From Francisella tularensis subsp. holarctica (GTDB lineage: Bacteria > Pseudomonadota > Gammaproteobacteria > Francisellales > CACEW01): a DNA stretch of 64,000 nucleotides. The notes under the pieces were generated by a model, which worked only from the letters and a program-made list of their open reading frames with translations, was not told the origin of the DNA and did no database searches. The position numbers were made by a program, and so were the translations under genes. Location: contig CAMARA010000001.1 in NCBI GenBank assembly GCA_945860585.1, positions 37,910 through 101,909 of the forward strand. The letters are read 5' to 3'. Positions 36,681 through 48,097 of this stretch are shown here, piece after piece; position 1 is the first letter of the stretch; each line of letters begins with the position of its first letter.

Positions 36681-37759
36681 AATAAAGCCTGGATTTCACG
36701 CAGGAGAAAGTGGATTTCTGCAGGATCATGACGGCTGCTTAAAGTGATGCGTAATGCTGCGTGCGGGACGCTTGGTGGCCGTATCGCCCGCACAAAAAGG
36801 CGGCGCTTGCATAAGGCATTGCTGATCGCCTCCGCGCGTGCATTATCGCCAATCAGCAGCATCTGAATTCCCGTATCAGAGTCTAAAAAAGGCAGGCCCA
36901 TAGCTGCAGTGGTATGTTTAAAATAGGCGATATTTTCTAATAATTTTTCGCGACGCCAGGGCTGGGTCTGCATCAATTTCAAACTCTGATGTAAAGCATG
37001 GGCCAAAGCGGGGGAGAGGGCCGTGCTGAATAGATAGGGGCGTGCAAATTGAATGAGGGACTCAATCATTTCATGACTGCCTGCCACCAATGCTCCACTC
37101 CCGCCAAAGGCTTTGCCCAGCGGGCAGACGAGAATCGGCACTGCTTCTTGCGCATACGGAAAATCCACGACGCCAAAACCATGGGCATCATCGATCAGTA
37201 GTGTGGCTTGATGTTGCCGCACAGTCTCAATCAAAGCGGCCATCGGCGCAATGTCCCCTCCCATGCTGAAAACATGATCGCTGACCACCATTTTCTGTCC
37301 GTTATGATGCGTGCTGAGAAGCTGATTGAGATGGGCCGCATCACGATGACGATAACGTTTCAACCGGGCGCCGGCTAACTTTGTTCCATCCAATAAAGAC
37401 GCATGATTGAGCTTGTCCTGAAAGACGGTATCCTCTTTGCCGAGCAAAGCCTGCAAAACGGCAGCATTCGCCATGTAGCCATTGCTGAAAAGGAGAGCCC
37501 GATCGCGTTGCACATGATCGGAAAAAGCGGTTTCTAAAGCACGATGTGCGCGGCTATAACCCGATACTAATGCGGATCCCGTCGCCCCAATGCCATAACG
37601 ATAGGCGCCCTCGCAAAACGCATCGATCAGCAGCGGGTCCTGCGCCAATCCCAAATAATCATTGCTGGAAAAACATAAGCCCTGCGGGCGGATCTTGCGT
37701 TCGCGAAACAGATGCTTGAGGCGCAAAGCCTGTAGACGCTCGTTTATTGGCGTAGGCAT
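36677..37759 (-). CDS. bioF: 8-amino-7-oxononanoate synthase
   Basis: PLP class-II aminotransferase, '[11 protein letters not shown]' and '[12 protein letters not shown]' (PLP lysine). Confidence 0.88.
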   Translation of the reverse strand: MPTPINERLQALRLKHLFRERKIRPQGLCFSSNDYLGLAQDPLLIDAFCEGAYRYGIGATGSALVSGYSRAHRALETAFSDHVQRDRALLFSNGYMANAAVLQALLGKEDTVFQDKLNHASLLDGTKLAGARLKRYRHRDAAHLNQLLSTHHNGQKMVVSDHVFSMGGDIAPMAALIETVRQHQATLLIDDAHGFGVVDFPYAQEAVPILVCPLGKAFGGSGALVAGSHEMIESLIQFARPYLFSTALSPALAHALHQSLKLMQTQPWRREKLLENIAYFKHTTAAMGLPFLDSDTGIQMLLIGDNARAEAISNALCKRRLFVRAIRPPSVPHAALRITLSSRHDPAEIHFLLREIQALL

Positions 37760-38706
37760 GATTCTTCCGCAATCATCCCTAATGTGGCTAGAAAGGCTTT
37801 GTCTTCAGCCACGCTGGGGTTTTCTGCTGTCAGGAGTTTTTCGCCGTAAAAAATTGAATTTCCCCCCGCGAGAAGGCACAGTGCCTGGAGTTCGCGATTC
37901 ATAGTATTGCGTCCGGCAGAGAGGCGGATATAGGCTTTGGGCATTAAAATTCGGGCTGTGGCGACGACGCGTACATATTCAAACGCATCCAGTGCTTTGA
38001 CGTTTTCCAACGGCGTGCCGGGCATGGGCATGAGTTGGTTTAAGGTGACGCTTTCGGGATGGCGGGGTAGATTCGCCAGTTGTTGTAAAAAAGCGATCCG
38101 ATCAGTGCGGGTTTCGCCCATGCCGACGATACCGCCGCAGCAGACTTTCATCTCTGCATTGCGCACATGCTCGAGGGTGTCGAGGCGGTCCTGATAGGTG
38201 CGGGTGGTGATGATTTTCTGGTAGTATTCGGGAGAAGTATCGAGGTTGTGGTTGTAGTAATCTAGACCAGCCGCTTTGAGGGCCTGCGCATCTTCCTGAT
38301 CCAGCATGCCCAGGGTCATGCAGGTTTCTAAGCCGAGCGCTTTGACTTCGCGAATGATTTCCTCAATTTTGGGGCGGTCTTTTTTGGGAATGCTGCGCCA
38401 GGCTGCGCCCATGCAGAAACGCAGGGCACCATTGTCTTTTGCTTCGCGTGCTTTGACCAGAACGGCCTCGACATCCCAGAGCTTTTCGTTTTTGAGACCG
38501 GTTTTAAAGCGGCCACTTTGCGTGCAATACGCGCAGTCTTCAGGGCAGGCACCCGTCTTGATATTCAGCAAAGTCACGGCCTGAACGGAATTGGGCTTAA
38601 AATATTCGCGGTGCACGGTTTGGGCTTGATACATAAGATCTGCAAAAGCTTGGGTGTAAATGGACTCGATTTCAGGGAGGGTCCAGTCGGTACGAAGGGA
38701 GGACAT
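37744..38706 (-). CDS. bioB: biotin synthase
   Basis: Radical-SAM '[11 protein letters not shown]' cluster. ATG 38706 chosen; the track ORF extends to 38763. Confidence 0.9.
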   Translation of the reverse strand: MSSLRTDWTLPEIESIYTQAFADLMYQAQTVHREYFKPNSVQAVTLLNIKTGACPEDCAYCTQSGRFKTGLKNEKLWDVEAVLVKAREAKDNGALRFCMGAAWRSIPKKDRPKIEEIIREVKALGLETCMTLGMLDQEDAQALKAAGLDYYNHNLDTSPEYYQKIITTRTYQDRLDTLEHVRNAEMKVCCGGIVGMGETRTDRIAFLQQLANLPRHPESVTLNQLMPMPGTPLENVKALDAFEYVRVVATARILMPKAYIRLSAGRNTMNRELQALCLLAGGNSIFYGEKLLTAENPSVAEDKAFLATLGMIAEESCLRQ

Positions 38707-38756
38707 CTTCTTTTCCTTGTTAAATAAAAAACGCCATGATAATCTACCCAGCTTAA

Positions 38757-38788
38757 TTGTCAACCCTATTATTTTGAGAGGCTAACAA
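38757..38788. promoter_or_regulatory. candidate BirA operator (bioO) in the bioA/bioB divergent region
   Basis: ttgtcaacc-N14-ggctaacaa is an imperfect palindrome (7/9). It matches the gammaproteobacterial TTGTAAACC-N14/16-GGTTTACAA pattern and overlaps the bioA ATG. Confidence 0.55.
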
Positions 38789-40089
38789 TGCAGGATTTCA
38801 TTCAATTGGATTTGGCCCATAATTGGCATCCCTGCTCGCAGATGAAAGATTTTGAAACCTTTCCGCCTTTGTTGATTCAGCGTGCACAGGGCGCGTATCT
38901 TGAATTGCAGGATGGACGCAGGATTCTGGATGCGATTTCCAGTTGGTGGTGTAAAGCGCTGGGGCATGGGCATCCCGTCATTCAGCAGGCGGTGCGGGAT
39001 CAGCTCGAAGCCTTTGAACATGTTATGTTTGGCAGTACCACGCATGAAAAAATTATCCAGCTTTCTGCAGAACTAGCCCGCCTGACGCCGAATTTGGATC
39101 GGGTTTTTTATGCCTGTGATGGTTCTTCTGCAGTGGAGATTGCGCTGAAGATGAGCCTGCATGCGCATCAGATCCAGGGACAGATGCAGCGGACGCAGTT
39201 CATGGGGTTAGAAAATGCTTATCATGGCGAAACGGCGCTGGCCATGAGTGTGAGTGATCTTGGCGTGTACCGGGAACCGTATGGTCCTATTTTGCAGGAT
39301 TATCCGGTGTTGAAGCAGATTCCCTATGTCTTGAATCGGCAGGATCCCCTTTGGGAAGATTGCTCCGCCTGCTGGCCTGCGATTGCGGCACAGTTGGAGC
39401 CCTATCGCCACTCCTTAAGTGCCTTGATTGTCGAGCCGATTGTCCAGGGCGCTGCGGGTATGCGTGTATATTCCCAAGATTTTTTAAAGCGTTTGCGGCA
39501 GTGGACAGCTGAAAATGGAGTACATCTGATTGCGGATGAAATCATGACCGGTTGCTATCGGACGGGTCCTGCTTTAGCTTGTGATCATGCCGAGATTACC
39601 CCTGATTTTCTCTGTCTTGGTAAAGGCCTGACCGGCGGATTTTTGCCCTTAAGTGCAGTCCTGACCTCGACGGAGATCTATATGCACTTTTATGATGATT
39701 ATGCGGCCGGGAAATCCTTTTTACATTCGCATACGCACTCAGGAAATGCCCTGGCTGTGGCTGCTGCCCTCGCTACTTTGCCCCTGCTGCAGGCATTGCA
39801 TGCTTCCGGTACCTTGTTGCATTTGGAAAAACAATTAGGCCAGCGGCTGGAAGCGCTGGCTACACAGACCGGGAGGCTCAGTGCAGTGCGGCACATTGGC
39901 GGCATTGCGGCTGCAACGCTAACAAATCCTCAAAAAATAGAGCGCTATGGCCGTGAGATCGCCAAAAAAGCCATCGCAGCCGGCATTCTATTACGTCCGA
40001 TCGGCAATGAATTGTATTGGTTGCCGCCATTAAATAGCGATGCGGCAGTATTGCAGGAATTACAGCGGCGGACGCAGTGTGTGATTTAA
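38788..40089 (+). CDS. bioA: adenosylmethionine-8-amino-7-oxononanoate aminotransferase
   Basis: Class-III aminotransferase, 'HLIADEIMTG' and 'LCLGKGLTGG' (PLP lysine). Divergent from bioB. Confidence 0.9.
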   Translation: MQDFIQLDLAHNWHPCSQMKDFETFPPLLIQRAQGAYLELQDGRRILDAISSWWCKALGHGHPVIQQAVRDQLEAFEHVMFGSTTHEKIIQLSAELARLTPNLDRVFYACDGSSAVEIALKMSLHAHQIQGQMQRTQFMGLENAYHGETALAMSVSDLGVYREPYGPILQDYPVLKQIPYVLNRQDPLWEDCSACWPAIAAQLEPYRHSLSALIVEPIVQGAAGMRVYSQDFLKRLRQWTAENGVHLIADEIMTGCYRTGPALACDHAEITPDFLCLGKGLTGGFLPLSAVLTSTEIYMHFYDDYAAGKSFLHSHTHSGNALAVAAALATLPLLQALHASGTLLHLEKQLGQRLEALATQTGRLSAVRHIGGIAAATLTNPQKIERYGREIAKKAIAAGILLRPIGNELYWLPPLNSDAAVLQELQRRTQCVI

Positions 40090-40174
40090 ATCTAAGCTTA
40101 AATTCATGGCTTGACAGACTGGGCAGAAAAGATTAATATTCGATCCATGTTAAATTAAATCAAGTGTGGCAGAG

Positions 40175-41089
40175 ATGGCCAAATATCTGGATCCAAAAAC
40201 GGACGTGGTTTTTAAAAAAGTCTTTGGCGATCATCCTGATTTGCTGATCAGTTTTTTAAATGCCTTACTGCCTTTGCCGCCAGGCCATGACATTGTCGAG
40301 TTGGAGTATCTCTCGCAGGAGCAAGTTCCCGCCATTCCAACCATGAAGCGGACAATTGCAGATGTGCGCTGTAAAGATCAACAAGGCCGTATTTTTATTG
40401 TGGAAATGCAGATCAACTGGAATGATAGTTTTAAGCAGCGCCTGCTGTTTGAGTCAGGTCAGGCCGTGGTGAAGCAGCTTGAAAAAGGCGAGGCGTATCA
40501 TCTGCTCAAGCCGGTGTATGGCCTAGGTTTAATCGCCAGCAATTTTGATCCGGATCCCGAACACTGGTATCATCACTATCAACTCGTGAATGTCATAAAG
40601 CCGAAGCGTGAGATTATTGAGCATTTGCAGTTGGTGTTTATTGAGCTGAAAAAATTCCCGGTGCAATCCCGTGAAACCAAGCGCCTGCAGGTATTGTGGC
40701 TGCGCTTTATGCGCGAAATCGATCGTGCGACGCAGACGATTGATCCTGAGTTATTGGCCGTTCCTGAGATTAAGCGTGCAGTTAGATTGACGGAAGAAGC
40801 GGCGTATAATCCAGGCGAATTGGATGCGTATGAAATGTACCTGGATCAGATTCGACGGGAAAATACCTTGCTCATCGGGCGTGAAAACAAAGGGCGGGAA
40901 GAGGGCTTGGCAGAGGGCTTGGCAGAGGGGTTGGAAAAAGGCTTGAAGCAAGGCTTGGAGCAAGGTCTGGCAGAAAGTCAGGCAAAAGTGCGACTCATCG
41001 CGCAGTCGTTACTGCTGAAAAATATCCCGATGGAAGTGATTGTGGCGGCGACAGGTCTTTCTGTGGAAGAAATTACGCAGTTGCAATAA
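40175..41089 (+). CDS. Rpn-family recombination-promoting nuclease / putative transposase (PD-(D/E)XK)
   Basis: 'YLDPKTDVVFKKVFG' N-terminus and 'ADVRCKDQQGRIFIVEMQ' nuclease core. C-terminal EGLAEGLAEGLEKGLKQGLEQGLAE repeats. Confidence 0.8.
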   Translation: MAKYLDPKTDVVFKKVFGDHPDLLISFLNALLPLPPGHDIVELEYLSQEQVPAIPTMKRTIADVRCKDQQGRIFIVEMQINWNDSFKQRLLFESGQAVVKQLEKGEAYHLLKPVYGLGLIASNFDPDPEHWYHHYQLVNVIKPKREIIEHLQLVFIELKKFPVQSRETKRLQVLWLRFMREIDRATQTIDPELLAVPEIKRAVRLTEEAAYNPGELDAYEMYLDQIRRENTLLIGRENKGREEGLAEGLAEGLEKGLKQGLEQGLAESQAKVRLIAQSLLLKNIPMEVIVAATGLSVEEITQLQ

Positions 41090-41145
41090 AATCACCTCGT
41101 GATCTATACTAAAATCCTTATGCATATTTTTTAAGGCGAATAGGG

Positions 41146-42237
41146 ATGAAAAAATTACATTGTGGACTGTTGGGCTTGGCTTTAACAGCTGTGGCGAGTG
41201 CTGTTTTTGCCTGTACGGGGATCATGCTGAAATCGCAGGATGGCACTTTTGTAAATGGGCGGACGCTGGAATTCGGCATTCCTATTGATACGATTATTGA
41301 TATTATTCCGCATCATTATGCTTTTACTGGCACTTTGCCGGATGGTTCTGCCGGCATGTCCTATCAGGCGAAGTATGCAGTGGTGGGCGGAAGTTTAGAT
41401 AATGGCGTGGACGTTCAAGATGGTTTGAATGAAGCGGGGTTGTCGGTGGGGGCGTTTTATTTCCCGGGTTATGCCAATTATGCTGCCGTCACTGCGCAGA
41501 ATAAAAACGAGGCTGTCTCTCCTCTCCAATTTCCGACTTGGTTGCTGACCCAATTTGCGACCGTGGCGGAAGTAAAGGCTGGCTTGCAGCATGTCGCCAT
41601 TGTGCCCACGCTTTTCCCGGCCTGGGGCTTGGTGCCGCCGTTGCATTATGTCGTGTATGACAAGCTCGGCAACAGTATCGTGATTGAGCCTTTAAATGGC
41701 AAATTAGTGGTGTATGATAATCCGCTGGGCGTGATGACCAATTCTCCGACGTTTGATTGGCAGATGACGAATTTACGCAATTATATCAATATTTCGCCGA
41801 TCAATGTCGGGCAGGTCAAAGTGAATGGCGTCGATTTGGCGCAATTTAGCCAGGGTTCAGGCTTACATGGTTTGCCGGGAGATTTCACCTCGCCTACCCG
41901 TTTTGTCAGAGCCGCGTTTTTCTCCTCGATGGCCTTGCCCTCAGCCACTGCGCCGCAAACCGTCTTCCAGGTCTTTCATATTTTAAACCAGTTTGATATT
42001 CCCATAGGCTCGGTGCGGGATGTCAGCAGTGGCAAAATGATGCCCGAATACACCATGATCACCGTCGTAAAAGATCCAGCACATCTCGACTATTACTACA
42101 AAACCTATCAAAATCAAGACATCAATGTCGTGCACCTGAATTCGTTTAATTGGAACGCAACGCAGATTATGCGCCTCAATACGGATGGGCCTCAGGAAGT
42201 AACCGATCGTTTTGCTGAGGCGATATCGGCCAGCTGA
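41146..42237 (+). CDS. choloylglycine hydrolase-family linear amide C-N hydrolase (Ntn hydrolase)
   Basis: Signal peptide ending 'AVFA' followed directly by the nucleophile 'CTGIMLKS'. 'NEAGLSVG' and 'MTNSPTFDWQ' motifs. Confidence 0.8.
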   Translation: MKKLHCGLLGLALTAVASAVFACTGIMLKSQDGTFVNGRTLEFGIPIDTIIDIIPHHYAFTGTLPDGSAGMSYQAKYAVVGGSLDNGVDVQDGLNEAGLSVGAFYFPGYANYAAVTAQNKNEAVSPLQFPTWLLTQFATVAEVKAGLQHVAIVPTLFPAWGLVPPLHYVVYDKLGNSIVIEPLNGKLVVYDNPLGVMTNSPTFDWQMTNLRNYINISPINVGQVKVNGVDLAQFSQGSGLHGLPGDFTSPTRFVRAAFFSSMALPSATAPQTVFQVFHILNQFDIPIGSVRDVSSGKMMPEYTMITVVKDPAHLDYYYKTYQNQDINVVHLNSFNWNATQIMRLNTDGPQEVTDRFAEAISAS

Positions 42238-44084
42238 TCATTGCTGACATTGATGGTATAGAGTGCCACATTGCCGGCGGTGAAGGCCACACTGAGCTTC
42301 TTTTCGCGCAGCCAGGCTTTGAAATATTGCTGCCAGAGCGGGGATTCGTACAGGTCATCAAAGTAGTGGTTCAGTAATAAATAGTGAATATCTGAATGCG
42401 CTTTCATGTAGGCTAAAAAAGCGGGGAGATTGTCAAAATAGCCGGGCTCCATATTTTTATTGTAACTGGCAAGCGGCGGGATATTCATATTGCTTTGAAG
42501 CAGGGGCAGGTAATTGAAATACGCGTAGTCCGTTAAGATTTGGCCGTGAAATCCTGGGCATAGTTTGTAAGCATAAAGGCGGGTGGTGAGCGGGATGTCT
42601 TGGAGGGAGTAGTTTTTTTCTGTTTCCTGGTGGGTGATTAAATTCATTTCGCCTAAGGGGCCGCTCATGCAGTAAAATGCGAGGATCACCAGGCTTGAAA
42701 ATAAAAGCATCCACAGTCGTAAAGGCTGTTTCCACAAGCGGAGTCCGGTGAGTATTTTGAGAAGATTTTGTTCGCCGCTGAGGGCTAATGCAACACTGAG
42801 ACAGGCGATGGGCCAAAAGAGGATGATATTGCGGTTGTCATAAGAAAACCCAATGCTCCAGAGGATAAAGTAGGGAAGGTAGGCATAAAAAATCAAGCGC
42901 CAGGTGCGGGGGATGGAGGCGCGTAAAATCCAGGCAATTCCCATCAAAATAACGAGAGGATAGGCTTCCATGACGGCATCGTATACGCGTTGTGTGAAAT
43001 GTGCAGAAGCGACATGGCGCGTTAAAAAAGAAACATCTGAAAAAGAGCCCGTATTGCTTTCATAAAGGCTAGAATAAATATACCAGGGTGAAATCAGTGC
43101 GGCTAAAAAGACAAATTTAGAGGTCAAGCGTACACATTTTTGCGAGAAAGATGCAGGGTGTGGATCCAGATATTCGTGGATCAGAGGGAGCACAAGGGCC
43201 GTATAAATGCCGGCGGGTTTGGTCATAGCAGCCCCAAAGGCAAAAAGGAGAGAAATGATGAGCAGGCGTTTGCGGTTGGGTGTGTCCTCAGCATACGCTA
43301 AAATGCTGCAGACCAGCGCAGCGAAATTGAAAAATGCGACCGGGATATCCGCATAACCCACATTCAAGTAGACCGCGTAAAAGCAGCTGAAGGCTGCCAT
43401 CATCAACAGCAGACCGCTTAAATAGGCGCCGTCCTGTTTTTGACGATAGAGCACCCAAAAAAGTAGCAGGATGCCCACAAAGAAAAAACCTTGAATCGCC
43501 GCTGGGAAGAATTGCAGCTGAACGTTCTGCACTAAGGGGCCGATCAAGACATACGTTAATGACCAGTTGGCGGGCAGAAGCTGCGGATAATGCCAGGTCA
43601 AAGTAGGCAATTGATTGGCTGCAAAGTCCGTGGCCCAGCGATTATATGAAACCGTTGCATCCCAATATCCAAACGGCTGTCCAAAGCTGCTAAACCAATT
43701 GAGGATGAACAGTAAGCTCACGATCAAGGCCAGGCTTTGCAGTGGCTTTTTTTGAAAAGGATAGGTCTGTAGCCACTTCAATCCGGCTTGCCAATCTAAC
43801 TTTTTTTCCCACAGATCCTGATAGAGCAAAGCAATGGCTAAGCATTCAAACGCACAGAGATTGCGTAAGATCGGCGTGCGATACTGATGCAGCATCGTCA
43901 AGCCCACGACCAGAATCAGATTGAAGATCAAGCTGAGTGCAAAAATACAGATGACCTGGAGGCATGGGTCGAGTGGCGTCTTGGGTTTCAGTAATTTTAA
44001 CGCCATCGCGCCGGGGAAAATAGTCATCATCAAGATCGAAAGCAGCCCGAGGAAAAAGGTCATATGCTTAAAAAACCTAGCCAA
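42192..44084 (-). CDS. large polytopic membrane protein (possible GT-C-type glycosyltransferase)
   Basis: 630 aa with at least 10 hydrophobic helices and a soluble C-terminal domain. The functional assignment is weak. Confidence 0.55.
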   Translation of the reverse strand: MARFFKHMTFFLGLLSILMMTIFPGAMALKLLKPKTPLDPCLQVICIFALSLIFNLILVVGLTMLHQYRTPILRNLCAFECLAIALLYQDLWEKKLDWQAGLKWLQTYPFQKKPLQSLALIVSLLFILNWFSSFGQPFGYWDATVSYNRWATDFAANQLPTLTWHYPQLLPANWSLTYVLIGPLVQNVQLQFFPAAIQGFFFVGILLLFWVLYRQKQDGAYLSGLLLMMAAFSCFYAVYLNVGYADIPVAFFNFAALVCSILAYAEDTPNRKRLLIISLLFAFGAAMTKPAGIYTALVLPLIHEYLDPHPASFSQKCVRLTSKFVFLAALISPWYIYSSLYESNTGSFSDVSFLTRHVASAHFTQRVYDAVMEAYPLVILMGIAWILRASIPRTWRLIFYAYLPYFILWSIGFSYDNRNIILFWPIACLSVALALSGEQNLLKILTGLRLWKQPLRLWMLLFSSLVILAFYCMSGPLGEMNLITHQETEKNYSLQDIPLTTRLYAYKLCPGFHGQILTDYAYFNYLPLLQSNMNIPPLASYNKNMEPGYFDNLPAFLAYMKAHSDIHYLLLNHYFDDLYESPLWQQYFKAWLREKKLSVAFTAGNVALYTINVSNDQLADIASAKRSVTS

Positions 44085-44098
44085 AATATGTTAATTTA

Positions 44099-46003
44099 TT
44101 GTATACTAGCGCCATGAAAAATACCATGAATCATGATCAAGCATTTGATGTCATCGTTATTGGCGGTGGACATGCGGGGACCGAGGCTGCCTGTGCGGCC
44201 GCACGAATGGGCGCGCGCACCCTTCTGCTGACCCATAATATTGAGACTCTGGGGCAGATGTCTTGTAATCCTGCATTCGGCGGCATTGGCAAGGGGCATC
44301 TCGTCAAAGAGATCGATGCTTTGGGAGGCGTGATGGCCGAGGCCGTGGATGATGCGGCGATTCAAATTCGTATCCTCAATGCCAGTAAAGGGCCTGCGGT
44401 TCAGGCGACGCGTGCGCAGGCGGATCGCATGCTCTATCGGGCTGCAGTGCGGAGGCGTTTAGAAAACTATCCCAATTTGACTTTGTTTCAGCAGGCCGTG
44501 GATGATCTCCTCCTTGAGCAAGATCGCGTGGTGGGCGTGCTCACCCAAATGGGTTTGAAATTTTATGCCAAAGCCGTGGTATTAACGGCAGGGACTTTTT
44601 TGGGCGGCAAAATTCACATCGGTATGAATCATTATGCCGGAGGGCGCGCCGGAGACCCCCCTTCTCTCACACTCGCTGAGCGCCTGCGTGAATTACCGCT
44701 GCGGGTTGGGCGTCTCAAAACCGGTACGCCGCCGCGGATTGATGCACGCACCGTCAATTTTGAGGGGCTCAGCATTCAGCATAGTGATCAGCCGCTGCCA
44801 GTGTTTTCGTTTATGGGCAAGGCGAGTTCACATCCGCGCCAAATTCCCTGTCACATTACCCATACCAATGAAAAAACCCATGATATCATTCGCCGGAACT
44901 TACATCTTTCTCCCATGTATGCGGGCGTGATTGAAGGGATTGGGCCGCGCTATTGCCCTTCGATTGAAGATAAAGTAGTGCGCTTTGCTGAAAAAACGCA
45001 ACATCAGATTTTTATTGAACCGGAAGGCCTGGATACGCACGAGCTGTATCCCAACGGCATTTCAACCAGTTTGCCGTTTGACGTGCAGATTCAGATTGTG
45101 CAGTCGATGCAGGGCTTTGAGAATGCCCATATCATTCGCCCTGGTTACGCGATTGAATATGATTACTTTGATCCCCGTGATCTCAAGCCGACGCTAGAAA
45201 CCAAGTCAATTCAAGGCTTGTTTTTTGCCGGACAAATTAATGGCACTACGGGCTATGAAGAAGCAGGGGCGCAAGGTTTGCTCGCAGGTTTAAATGCAGC
45301 CTGTCTGGTGCAGGATAAAGTGGGCTGGTATCCGCAGCGGCATGAGGCCTATCTGGGCGTGCTGGTGGATGATCTGCTTACTTGTGGCACGGCGGAGCCT
45401 TACCGGATGTTCACGAGTCGGGCGGAGTATCGTTTGCAATTACGTGAAGATAATGCGGATATTCGCTTGACGGAGATCGGTTATCGGCTTGGTCTGGTCT
45501 CGGAGGCGCGCTGGCGGGCATTTAACGAAAAAATGGCGGCGATTGAAGTCGAGCGTCAGCGTCTGGATGCCTACATGGTGCAGCCGCAATCTGCAGAGTG
45601 GCAGCATTTTAAAGCGCAGGGCATCGAACTCGGTCGAGAATATCATGCCTTGGAATTATTAAAGCGCCCCGAATTAAATTATGCACGTTTAATCGCCTGT
45701 CCTGGTCTTGCGGCGGATGAGCCTGTGGACGCGCAAGTAGCCTTGCAATTGGAAACGCAGATTAAATATGCGGGCTATATTCAGCGGCAGCAAGAAGAAA
45801 TTCTACGTCAGCAAAAAAATCAGGATACGCTGTTGCCGATCCATTTAGATTATACAGAGGTGGATAGTTTGTCTGCGGAGGTGCGTCAAAAATTACAGCA
45901 GGTGCGGCCGACCACGATTGGACATGCGGCGCGGATTCCCGGCATGACCCCTGCCGCGATCTCCCTCTTACTGATTCATCTGAAAAAAATGCGTGCGGCA
46001 TGA
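44099..46003 (+). CDS. mnmG: tRNA uridine 5-carboxymethylaminomethyl modification enzyme MnmG (GidA)
   Basis: FAD motif '[15 protein letters not shown]' and '[26 protein letters not shown]'. Alternative start at 44114. Confidence 0.92.
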   Translation: MYTSAMKNTMNHDQAFDVIVIGGGHAGTEAACAAARMGARTLLLTHNIETLGQMSCNPAFGGIGKGHLVKEIDALGGVMAEAVDDAAIQIRILNASKGPAVQATRAQADRMLYRAAVRRRLENYPNLTLFQQAVDDLLLEQDRVVGVLTQMGLKFYAKAVVLTAGTFLGGKIHIGMNHYAGGRAGDPPSLTLAERLRELPLRVGRLKTGTPPRIDARTVNFEGLSIQHSDQPLPVFSFMGKASSHPRQIPCHITHTNEKTHDIIRRNLHLSPMYAGVIEGIGPRYCPSIEDKVVRFAEKTQHQIFIEPEGLDTHELYPNGISTSLPFDVQIQIVQSMQGFENAHIIRPGYAIEYDYFDPRDLKPTLETKSIQGLFFAGQINGTTGYEEAGAQGLLAGLNAACLVQDKVGWYPQRHEAYLGVLVDDLLTCGTAEPYRMFTSRAEYRLQLREDNADIRLTEIGYRLGLVSEARWRAFNEKMAAIEVERQRLDAYMVQPQSAEWQHFKAQGIELGREYHALELLKRPELNYARLIACPGLAADEPVDAQVALQLETQIKYAGYIQRQQEEILRQQKNQDTLLPIHLDYTEVDSLSAEVRQKLQQVRPTTIGHAARIPGMTPAAISLLLIHLKKMRAA

Positions 46004-46641
46004 GCATTATTCTAGCGCTGGATAGTTCCAGTCGTGAAGGGATTGTCGCCTTGCAGACTGCAGAAGGGCAAATTTTTACTCGCAAAAATACGCAGATTCA
46101 AGCCCATAATGCCTTTCTCCTGCCGGCGATTCAAAGTGTTTTGCAGGAAGCAGGCCTCACTTTGCCGCAGCTGGATTATATTGCCTGCGGTATCGGGCCT
46201 GGTAGTTTTGTCGGAACGCGGCTTGCCGTCTCGGTGGCGCAGGGTTTGGCCTATGCTTTGCGTAAACCGGTTCTGGCATTAAATCATCTGCATCTTATAA
46301 CGCGGATGGCGCAGCGTCAATATGGCTTCGCCCATCCTGTCGTAGCCTTGGATGCACGCATGCAGGCCTTCTATTTTTTAGATCAAAATGGCGAGACCCA
46401 TTTTTATCGACTGACGCAATTGGATGCCGCTTTTGTGGCAGATCTGTGTGCCTCTACTGAAAAAATAGGCGATGCCTGGCCACTATTGGGTGTCACTTCT
46501 CCTTTGCCCTTGATTGAGCTCAATGCCTCTGATTTGCTGGATGAGGCTCAGCAGATGCTTGCGAACAAAGAAATGTTGATGGATCCTAGTCAGCTCCTGC
46601 CCCTCTATCTGAATGATCAGGATCATTGGAAGAAAATATAG
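46000..46641 (+). CDS. tsaB: tRNA t6A biosynthesis protein TsaB
   Basis: 'ILALDSS' N-terminus and '[21 protein letters not shown]'. Overlaps the mnmG stop by 4 nt. Confidence 0.85.
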   Translation: MSIILALDSSSREGIVALQTAEGQIFTRKNTQIQAHNAFLLPAIQSVLQEAGLTLPQLDYIACGIGPGSFVGTRLAVSVAQGLAYALRKPVLALNHLHLITRMAQRQYGFAHPVVALDARMQAFYFLDQNGETHFYRLTQLDAAFVADLCASTEKIGDAWPLLGVTSPLPLIELNASDLLDEAQQMLANKEMLMDPSQLLPLYLNDQDHWKKI

Positions 46642-46666
46642 AGAATAATGCTGCTAAATTAAATAA

Positions 46667-46767
46667 TACCAAAAGTCCTGAAAAAGCATATTAATTGCTG
46701 CTCAAACATGCTCGGTTTCACCTGCGCAACTCGCATCAATTAACATACTTTTTCAGGACTTTTGGTA
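46667..46767. repeat. 101-nt long-stem palindrome between convergent tsaB and rsgA
   Basis: 31-nt arms taccaaaagtcctgaaaaagcatattaattg / caattaacatactttttcaggacttttggta (29/31 complementary) around a 39-nt spacer. Confidence 0.75.
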
Positions 46768-46779
46768 TAAGTTACAGCT

Positions 46780-46801
46780 CCCTCCCCTTGACGGGGGAGG
46801 G
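46780..46801. repeat. short G/C hairpin (ccctcccc-ttgacg-ggggaggg)
   Basis: 8-bp perfect stem and 6-nt loop, 13 nt beyond the rsgA stop. No flanking T-run on either strand. Confidence 0.5.
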
Positions 46802-46814
46802 GATTAAGAGAAGC

Positions 46815-47678
46815 TTAAGTCTGCTGCATGCGCTCATAATTTTGGAGACGTTGTTTTTGAATCTGGCCTGCGGCGACGGCGGCGGTGATGGCGCAACCGG
46901 GGTCCTCTTTGTGGCTACAGTTGCGATAGCGGCAGTGGCCGAGATAGGGGTGAAAATCGCGGAAGCCTTGGGCGAGTTGGGGTTGGAGATATTTTAGCAG
47001 TTTGAACTCGCGGATGCCGGGCACATCGATGAGATGGCCACCCTGCGGAAGATGGTAGAGGCGGCTGGCGGAGGTAGTGTGTTGACCTTTTTGATTGGCC
47101 TCCGAGATCAGGCTGGTTTTGGTGATCTGCTCGCCCATGAGTGCATTGATCAGGGAGGATTTTCCCACACCGGAGACGCCCATGAGGAGGCTGGTTTCTG
47201 ATGCCAGGCGGGCATTTAATTCAGCAAGATGATCATGATTGAGTGCAGAGATCATCAGCACTTCATAGCCGACTTTTTCATAGAATTGTTTAAAGTCTAA
47301 GATTTCAGGGTGCGTGGGGATCAGATCGGATTTATTGATCAGCAGCAGCGCTTTGAGATGGGATAATTCCGTAGCAACCAGATATTGATCGATATAATAT
47401 TCATGGGGAGGGGGAACGGGCGCTGCCATAATCACAATCTGCGTCAGATTGGCGGCCATCTCTTTGACGGGATGATAGCGATCCGAACGGGCAATGAGGC
47501 TGTGACGGGGAAGGCGTCGGGTGATAATGCCCTGCGCAGTTTGGGGGTCCAGTTCAAATTCAACCTGATCTCCGACCACAAGACTGTCTAGATTTTTGCG
47601 CGCAAAGCAGAGATAAACTTGACCATCCCGTTCTACTTCGAGGGTTTGGCCATATTCTCGGATAATTTGTCCTGACAA
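46815..47678 (-). CDS. rsgA: ribosome small-subunit-dependent GTPase A
   Basis: 'NKSDL' (G4), 'GVSGVGKSSLINAL' (G1) in circularly permuted order, and a C-terminal zinc knuckle 'CRYRNCSHKEDPGCA'. Confidence 0.9.
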   Translation of the reverse strand: MSGQIIREYGQTLEVERDGQVYLCFARKNLDSLVVGDQVEFELDPQTAQGIITRRLPRHSLIARSDRYHPVKEMAANLTQIVIMAAPVPPPHEYYIDQYLVATELSHLKALLLINKSDLIPTHPEILDFKQFYEKVGYEVLMISALNHDHLAELNARLASETSLLMGVSGVGKSSLINALMGEQITKTSLISEANQKGQHTTSASRLYHLPQGGHLIDVPGIREFKLLKYLQPQLAQGFRDFHPYLGHCRYRNCSHKEDPGCAITAAVAAGQIQKQRLQNYERMQQT

Positions 47679-48097
47679 AATTTCTTCCCTACATCAATTA
47701 AACAGGTTTTGCTTAAAAATTCTTTTCCAAGCAGCATGCGAAAATTTAACTCTGAACGATCGGTGAGCGTGAGTTCAGTAACAAAGTGGTGGGCGCCTAA
47801 AACAATATCCGTTTCAATCACATAGCGTCGTTCATGTTGACCATTCGAACTTCTGACTACGCGATAGTCGATCGTGGGCGCGGTGCAGCCGAGCGGATTG
47901 CTTTCATCAAATTGAATGGGGTGGGTAACAAAGCGCACATGGACATGACCATGATAGAGGAAGGGTTCAATCTCCAAGGCGTGAATGCAGGAAGTATCTG
48001 CGCCGGTATCGACTTTGGCGACAATCCGAGGGATATTCAATTCGGGAAGCGCGCAGTGCTCTTTCCATCCCACCAGGATTTTTGCCTTCTTCATCAT
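47633..48097 (-). CDS. retropepsin-like aspartic protease associated with RimK (RimB / 'ATP-dependent zinc protease' family)
   Basis: '[15 protein letters not shown]' aspartic-protease motif. Translationally coupled downstream of rimK. Confidence 0.7.
   Translation of the reverse strand: MMKKAKILVGWKEHCALPELNIPRIVAKVDTGADTSCIHALEIEPFLYHGHVHVRFVTHPIQFDESNPLGCTAPTIDYRVVRSSNGQHERRYVIETDIVLGAHHFVTELTLTDRSELNFRMLLGKEFLSKTCLIDVGKKFCQDKLSENMAKPSK

Noticed and set aside
44085-44113. Chromosomal origin (oriC) near mnmG/gidA, or near rpmH-rnpA at 55530-55563
   Set aside because: Both intergenic gaps are only about 15-35 nt. dnaA is not adjacent to rpmH here, since sohB is. I saw no cluster of TTATCCACA-type boxes or AT-rich 13-mers.
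46695-46997. 100-aa plus-strand ORF
   Set aside because: It runs through the intergenic palindromes and then antisense to the rsgA zinc-knuckle region, with a G/A/V-rich shadow frame.
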